A stretch of 64,000 bases of DNA. Source: Acidobacteria bacterium UBA2161. Lineage in GTDB: Bacteria > Acidobacteriota > Vicinamibacteria > Vicinamibacterales > UBA823. A program made the translations under genes and the position numbers. The DNA is taken from NCBI GenBank assembly GCA_002328835.1, contig DCWN01000002.1, positions 39,314-103,313 of the forward strand. Reading direction: 5' to 3'. Under the pieces are notes generated by a model. That model was not told the DNA's origin. It was given only the letters and a program-made list of their open reading frames with translations, and did no database searches. Shown here one piece after another: positions 58,620 to 64,000 of this stretch; position 1 is the stretch's first letter; each line of letters begins with the position of its first letter.

Positions 58620-60302
58620 CTATTCCATCGGCGCGAGTTGAGCCGAGACGCGATCGAGGCCGACGACCGCAAGGCCATCGTCCGTGCCGCGCAGGTACAC
58701 CGTCACCGGTTCCCGCCACGCCGGATGGTCGGGGTGCTCGGTCCGGATCTCGGCGACGAGGTGGCGCTCGCCGCCAATGTCAGCCACGGACGGAATCGGT
58801 AGCGACCGCGCGTCATGCATCGTCGACGCGGCGACAGGCGTGACCGACTGATCGCCGTCGCCGTAGACCGACCAGATCACTTCGTAGCTCGCGCCGGGAT
58901 CGGCGTAGCCGTAGAGCTCCGACAGGTTGGTGAAGGTCAGCGCGCCGTCGGCGACAGCGAACGCATCGAGCGGATTCATCAGGTTCAAGTAGTAGGCGGC
59001 GGTCTTGTGCTGTCGCGCGACGATCGTGTCGACCAGATACGCCTCGGCCGCGGGGTCGCTGTACTGGCCGGTCGCGACGATCGCGGCGACCTCTTCGTGC
59101 GTGAACCGGGCGACGATCTTCGCGGCCCAGAACGCGTCGCGCCCCGTCATCCTGACGAACGCCGGATTCGGGTAGTCGTTCCGCCAGTCGTGCGGCTCGT
59201 AGAACTCGGCCTCGATCCGGCCGATCGATGGGAAATCCGGAAACCGCACCCTGCGGTACGCGGGTGTGTTGAAGCCGAACCGGCCGGCATTCCGCTTCAC
59301 CAGCGACAGGTCGAGCCAGTAGTGGTAGCCGAGGTTGGGCAGTTGCGCCTCGATGCTGCCGCTGCCCAGAGTCGACCCGAAGTCGAGCATGTAGTGACGG
59401 ATGTAGTGACCTCCGTCTTCCTCGACCCAGGCATCCTGCGTGTTGTGGGCGCGCGTGTCGTCGTGGTTCAGCCAGGCGGCGAAGACCCGGAGGCCGCGCA
59501 GTTCCCGGCGATGCTCGTGCGGCACGATGTCGTTCGGGTCATCGCTACGCGTGCCGAAGTAGCGGAACGGTCCGATCGGGAGGCCAGGGAGGTACTTGCT
59601 CGCCGTCACCCGCAGCAGGCCGTTCGTGCGGCCAACGCGGTTCAGCAGCCGAGTCAGTCGGCCCTGCGTCAGGGCGACCTCGTCGCCGAATTCGTCCTCG
59701 AGCGTCGTCCCCGGTTCGATCGCGAATCGCTCCGGGTCCACGAGGACGATGTAGTTCTCCGGCGCGTGGTAGCCGAGCGCGTGGAAGAGCTTCGTCGAGA
59801 TGACCTCGGCGGCCGAGGCCAGTTCGGGGATATCGATCGGATCGAATTTGATGATGTAGCGGTCGCCCCGGGCATCGGTGATCTCGAACCCCGGCGTCAA
59901 TCCCTGACTCTTGCTCCGGAAGATTGCCCACGGCCCATTCAGGTCGGGACCGTCGCCGGCGTCGGGTCCACGCACCAGCGCGTCAAGGCTCATGCGGTCG
60001 ACGCCGTGGCGGTTCGTGAACCACGAGCTGTCGGGCACCTCGTCGAGGGTATTGACGTTCGCCGCCTCGACCGGCTGGGCCGTGCCCAGCTCGACGAAGA
60101 TGTGGCCGAACCGGTCGTACATGTCGCTCAGTTCGATCGCGGACGGCTCCGCCGTGTCGAGGGTGTCGCGATCGATCCGGAGCGGATCGTCCGGGTAGAA
60201 CTTCCGTTCCTGAGCCGACACCGCCGCCGTCAACGCGATCGCGAGCGCCATCACGACCAGCAGTCGGCTGAGCGCGGGACGAGTCGAGGGCTTCTTGGGC
60301 AT
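58620..60302 (-). CDS. Secreted hypothetical protein with PI3/4-kinase/HipA-like motifs
   Basis: Signal peptide (LLVVMALAIALTAAVSA); GLTPGF...YIIKFD, AEVISTKLFHALGY, WLNHDDTRAHN, LDFGS. Confidence 0.7.
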   Translation of the reverse strand: MPKKPSTRPALSRLLVVMALAIALTAAVSAQERKFYPDDPLRIDRDTLDTAEPSAIELSDMYDRFGHIFVELGTAQPVEAANVNTLDEVPDSSWFTNRHGVDRMSLDALVRGPDAGDGPDLNGPWAIFRSKSQGLTPGFEITDARGDRYIIKFDPIDIPELASAAEVISTKLFHALGYHAPENYIVLVDPERFAIEPGTTLEDEFGDEVALTQGRLTRLLNRVGRTNGLLRVTASKYLPGLPIGPFRYFGTRSDDPNDIVPHEHRRELRGLRVFAAWLNHDDTRAHNTQDAWVEEDGGHYIRHYMLDFGSTLGSGSIEAQLPNLGYHYWLDLSLVKRNAGRFGFNTPAYRRVRFPDFPSIGRIEAEFYEPHDWRNDYPNPAFVRMTGRDAFWAAKIVARFTHEEVAAIVATGQYSDPAAEAYLVDTIVARQHKTAAYYLNLMNPLDAFAVADGALTFTNLSELYGYADPGASYEVIWSVYGDGDQSVTPVAASTMHDARSLPIPSVADIGGERHLVAEIRTEHPDHPAWREPVTVYLRGTDDGLAVVGLDRVSAQLAPME

Positions 60303-60312
60303 CGTGTCCGGC

Positions 60313-61572
60313 CTAGAACGTCGGGCCGCCGCCGATGTGCAGCACGAAGCCCTCACGGCTCCGGCTGAGGTCGATCCGGAAGACGGTATTGTTCGGCGAA
60401 TGCGTCCGGATGCCGAACCCGTAGCCCGTATGCAGGTCGTCGAACCCGAAGTCGTCGGCGGCGGAGAAGACCTTGCCCGCGTCGGCGAACACCGCGAAGT
60501 CCAGGTAGGTCCAGACCTCCCACCAATACTCGAGATTCATCAGGAGATTGCGGGCGTCGCGGAACCGGTACTCCCGGTACCCGCGCAGCGACTGCGCGCC
60601 GCCGATCGTTTCCATGAGGTAGAAGGGCACCTCCGCCCCGGCATCGGCCGTGGCGTGCGACGTCCGCATGCGGAAGGCGAGGACCCGGTTGCGAAGGCCC
60701 AGCGGGACCTGCGCCCGCAGCTCGGCGGCGATCCGCGTGAAGTCGAACGCGCCGCCCTCACGATCGTCGTAGCGCTCGGCATCGAGCCGAACCGTCAGGC
60801 CGACCGGGGGGAGGCCGCCATCGAGTAGCGTGACGGTGGCGGGCGCGCCGTAGCGGAGGAAGTCCGGCTGCATTTCGAAGCCAGGCGTGTTCGACGGGTC
60901 GAACTCGTCCTCGACTGACGGGAGTCGCGAACCCGAGTCGATGCGGCCGTTCCAGAGCCCTACGGTCGCACCGGCGTCGAAGATCGTGGAGTTGACGCTG
61001 ACGTCGGCGCCCACCGTCCGGTCCTCGATGCGATAGAACGCGCGATCGTCGACCGACGATCCCGTGCCGAGGCCGAAGTAGTTCAGTTCGGTGAAGTCCC
61101 GGTACTCGGCACGGAGTCCCGCGCTGACGGGCGACGTGCTGCGTTCGTTCGGAAACACGAGATTGATGTCGGCCTGGCGGTAGCCGAGTGTCGAGTAGCG
61201 CGCGTTCGTCGTGAATTCATACGCGCGACGGTTCAGGCCGTTGATGTAGCCCCCACCGAATGCGAACCCCGATCCGCCCGGCAACCCGCCGAGGACCGGC
61301 CGGAGGCCGTTGAAACCCTTGACGAAGATCGCCCTGGGGAGACGCAAGGTCTCGAACGCCCGGACACGCTCTTCGGCCTGCGACACCCGTTCGGGGACCA
61401 GGGTGTCCCGTTTGGCCTCGCGCTGGGCGAGTAGCGCCGCCTGCCGCGTGATCCCTGGATCCGTTTGGGCCACGACCGTCGTCGCGCCCAGCGGACCGGC
61501 GCAGATGAGAAGCGCGACGGTTCGTGTGAGACGCCCGAGCTGCGGCGGGTGGTTGGGCGTGAACAGGCGCAT
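60313..61572 (-). CDS. Omp85 (BamA/TamA-like) outer membrane barrel without recognisable POTRA domains
   Basis: IGGAQSLRGY (VRGY loop), FADAGKV, GYGFGIR, C-terminal Phe; signal peptide; about 419 aa. Confidence 0.85.
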   Translation of the reverse strand: MRLFTPNHPPQLGRLTRTVALLICAGPLGATTVVAQTDPGITRQAALLAQREAKRDTLVPERVSQAEERVRAFETLRLPRAIFVKGFNGLRPVLGGLPGGSGFAFGGGYINGLNRRAYEFTTNARYSTLGYRQADINLVFPNERSTSPVSAGLRAEYRDFTELNYFGLGTGSSVDDRAFYRIEDRTVGADVSVNSTIFDAGATVGLWNGRIDSGSRLPSVEDEFDPSNTPGFEMQPDFLRYGAPATVTLLDGGLPPVGLTVRLDAERYDDREGGAFDFTRIAAELRAQVPLGLRNRVLAFRMRTSHATADAGAEVPFYLMETIGGAQSLRGYREYRFRDARNLLMNLEYWWEVWTYLDFAVFADAGKVFSAADDFGFDDLHTGYGFGIRTHSPNNTVFRIDLSRSREGFVLHIGGGPTF

Positions 61573-61766
61573 GGACGCGGTCTGGATGAGCGCTGGCGAG
61601 CAGTTTTTCACTGTATCACGGCGGTGCGGGTGGCCGGACGGCGCCCAAGGCTTTCTCGTAGTCTCGGCCACACGAACGTGGCATGATGTGGGCGTTTGGC
61701 GATGCTCGAGACCGCGGAGCGGGCGCCAGCGCAGGGTGGAGGCGCCACGCGGTCGAGGAGGGGGCG

Positions 61767-63092
61767 ATGAGCAGTCAAGGATCACGGTTGTCACGTCGGC
61801 GGTTTCTCGGCACTTCCGTGGCCGCGGCGATCGGCGGAGTCTCCAGTGGCCTGTTTGGCGCGCGAGCCGAAGCCGGGCAGCGCCCGACGCCGGCGCTTCC
61901 GCTCGCCGAGCTCCATCCCAGCGGGATGGTGGACGAGGCCTACTGGTGGAAGGTCCGATCGCAGTTCAACATCGTGGACGGGCTGGCCTTCATGAACAAC
62001 GGGACGCAGGGGCCGATGCCGCGGGTGGTGCTCGAGAAGAACGAGCGCATCCTCCGCGAGATCGCCGAGGACCCGTCCGACAACTATCGTCGCGACGACA
62101 TCAACGATGTGCGCGCGAAGGTCGCGCCGTTCGTCGGGGCCGACCCCGAGGAAATCGCGCTGACGCGCAGCACGTCCGAAGGGATGAACATCTTCGCGCA
62201 CGGGCTCGACTGGCGCGAGGGCGACGAAGCGCTGATGAACTCGCACGAGCACGGCGGCGGCCGCGGACCGTACCTCTCGCTGATGGAGCGGCGGGGCATC
62301 AACATCAACGTCATCGACATCCCGGCGCCGCCGGAGAGCCAGGAGCAGATCGTCGACCTCTACGAGCAGGCGATCACGCCGCGCACCCGCGCCATCATGG
62401 TGAGCCACATCACCTACGTGACCGGGCTCATGACGCCGATCAAGCTGCTCTCCGAGATGGCGCACCGCCACGGCGTATTGGTCTCGGTCGACGGCGCCCA
62501 TCCGCTCGGGATGCTCGATCTCGACTTCCACGCCATGGGCTGCGACCACTACTCGGGCGCGGGCCAGAAGTGGCTGCTCGCGGGCGGCGGCACGGGGGTC
62601 TGCTACGTCAAGCGCGACGTGCAAGATCAGGTCTGGCCGCTCATGGGCGGACCCCCACGCGAAGGCGCCACCGCGAACCGCTACGAGTCGGTCGGGCAGC
62701 GCAACGTCCCGTCGCTGCTCGGGATGGGGGACGCGGTGGACCTGCAGGACACGATCGGCAAGCGGAACATCGAGGAGCGAGATCGCCAACTCAGCAGCCG
62801 CCTGCGGGCCGGGCTGCAGGAGATCCCCGGGGTGCATCTCTGGACCTCGACCGATCGCGGTCTGAGTGCCGGCCTGACCTTGTTCTCTGTGCACGACATT
62901 CCGATGGGGAACGTCGTCAGGGCGCTGTTCGACGAGTTCCGCGTCCACATCCGGACGATGGGGACCGGCAACCTGAACGGAGTGCGGGCGTCGACGCACT
63001 TCTACAACATGCCGCACGAGGTGGATCGGCTGCTCGAGGGCGTCCGCCACATCGCGGCGAACTCTGGGAACTACATGACGACGGCGGCCTAG
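61767..63092 (+). CDS. Tat-exported class V PLP enzyme (isopenicillin N epimerase-like)
   Basis: SRRRFLG twin-Arg signal, MNNGT, TRSTSEG, SHEH, VDGAH, GQKWL, RASTHFYN; GAGGAG RBS. Confidence 0.88.
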   Translation: MSSQGSRLSRRRFLGTSVAAAIGGVSSGLFGARAEAGQRPTPALPLAELHPSGMVDEAYWWKVRSQFNIVDGLAFMNNGTQGPMPRVVLEKNERILREIAEDPSDNYRRDDINDVRAKVAPFVGADPEEIALTRSTSEGMNIFAHGLDWREGDEALMNSHEHGGGRGPYLSLMERRGININVIDIPAPPESQEQIVDLYEQAITPRTRAIMVSHITYVTGLMTPIKLLSEMAHRHGVLVSVDGAHPLGMLDLDFHAMGCDHYSGAGQKWLLAGGGTGVCYVKRDVQDQVWPLMGGPPREGATANRYESVGQRNVPSLLGMGDAVDLQDTIGKRNIEERDRQLSSRLRAGLQEIPGVHLWTSTDRGLSAGLTLFSVHDIPMGNVVRALFDEFRVHIRTMGTGNLNGVRASTHFYNMPHEVDRLLEGVRHIAANSGNYMTTAA

Positions 63093-63198
63093 CCGTCGCG
63101 TCGGCAAGCTGGTGCGCGCGGCGGGCGTTCTGCCCGCCGCGCTCGATCTTCGAGTTTACAGTCAGAGCGGCTTCACGAAGGCCGTGGGGGAGGGTGTC

Positions 63199-64000
63199 AT
63201 GTTTCGCAAGTGGTTGATCGTCGCGAGTGTGCTGGTGCTGGCGGTAGGAGCGTGGGCGTGCGGCGGCGGCGGCGGGGAGCAGGCCGAGGTTGCAGCCGAG
63301 CCGACCGAAGAGGAGATCGTCGCCCTCGCGCAAGGCATCCACGAGCGCGTGCTGACGATCGACACGCACGACGACATCCCGTTCAACTTCGCGACCGAGG
63401 AAGTCGACCCTGGCGTCAGGGGCGATCGCAAGGTCGATCTGCCCAAGATGCGTGAGGGCCTGCTCGACGTCGGGTACTTCATCGTCTTCGTCGGCCAGAC
63501 CGAGCGCACGCCCGAGAACTACGAGCAGGCGAAGGCCGACGCGATGACGAAGTTCAACGCCATCCATCGGATGACCGAGGAGATGTATCCGGACGAGATC
63601 GAGTTGGCCTACACGGCCGACGATGTCGATCGCATCCACGCGAGCGGCAAGCTGGTGGCGATGATCGGCATCGAGAACGGCTATGTGATCGGCAAGGATC
63701 TGTCGTTGCTCGAGACCTATCACGAGCTGGGCGCGCGCTACATCACCCTGGCGCACGGCGGGCACAACGACATTGCCGATTCGGCTACGCCGCGCGCGAA
63801 CGAGCCCGAGTCGGAGCACGACGGGCTGAGCGAGTTCGGCGAGGAGGTCGTTGCCGAAATGAACCGCCTCGGCATCATGGTGGACATTTCGCACGTCTCG
63901 AAGCAGTCGATGCTCGATGCCACGGCGGCGTCGGTCGCACCCGTCATCGCCTCGCACTCGAGCACGGTCGCCATCAACGATCACCCCCGCAACATGGACG
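63199..64000 (+). CDS. Membrane dipeptidase (M19) lipoprotein, truncated by the window end
   Basis: MFRKWLIVASVLVLAVGAWAC lipobox, IDTHDD, VDLPKM, IGIENG, YITLAH, GLSEFG..VVAEMNRLGIMVDISH, IASHS; absent from ORF track because it has no stop in the window. Confidence 0.9.
   Translation, partial: MFRKWLIVASVLVLAVGAWACGGGGGEQAEVAAEPTEEEIVALAQGIHERVLTIDTHDDIPFNFATEEVDPGVRGDRKVDLPKMREGLLDVGYFIVFVGQTERTPENYEQAKADAMTKFNAIHRMTEEMYPDEIELAYTADDVDRIHASGKLVAMIGIENGYVIGKDLSLLETYHELGARYITLAHGGHNDIADSATPRANEPESEHDGLSEFGEEVVAEMNRLGIMVDISHVSKQSMLDATAASVAPVIASHSSTVAINDHPRNMD

Noticed and set aside
58616-58627. Leaderless -10 box for xylB (TGGAAT)
   Set aside because: It misses the conserved A at position 2 and overlaps the upstream stop; operonic coupling is simpler
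61767-63092. Selenocysteine lyase/cysteine desulfurase supplying the selenoprotein
   Set aside because: It lacks the catalytic Cys loop and appears to be exported
17503-64000. Beta-lactam synthesis or degradation cluster (acylase, GGT, serine hydrolase, epimerase-like, dipeptidase)
   Set aside because: The genes are dispersed over 46 kb, belong to broad families, and no NRPS or IPNS is present
1-64000. CRISPR arrays, tRNA (including selC), rRNA, IS elements, prophage
   Set aside because: No regularly spaced repeats, cloverleaf motifs, transposase, integrase or phage genes were recognised by eye

Overview
A very GC-rich (roughly 68-70% by eye), gene-dense bacterial chromosomal segment of about 47 CDS. 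Gene content and repeat style suggest Acidobacteriota (Vicinamibacterales-like); this is an inference. No rRNA, tRNA, CRISPR array, transposase or prophage gene was recognised. The window is dominated by secreted or periplasmic hydrolases (S9, M4, M19, M20 and M23 peptidases, penicillin acylase, GGT, nitrilase, GH109, GH172, a BNR/VPS10 protein), transporters (ABC, TAXI-TRAP, SSS, TonB-dependent) and sugar catabolism genes (xylA/xylB, araB with a fucose-isomerase-like gene, lacD), plus dinB, ettA, ogt, cutC and an slt-like gene. The main observations are: (1) a POTRA-less Omp85 barrel co-encoded with a signal-peptide-bearing PI3/4-kinase/HipA-fold protein, possibly an undescribed export/kinase system; (2) an AhpD-like gene that the ORF track splits at an in-frame TGA, in a CxxU motif followed by a SECIS-like hairpin, so probably a selenoprotein; (3) a sigma54 promoter with upstream activator sites in a low-GC gap, pointing at no annotated gene; (4) a coupled zinc-peptidase/Ddl-like ATP-grasp pair; (5) two genes that appear to start at CTG; (6) several apparently leaderless promoters. 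All calls come from reading motifs by eye; no searches were run.
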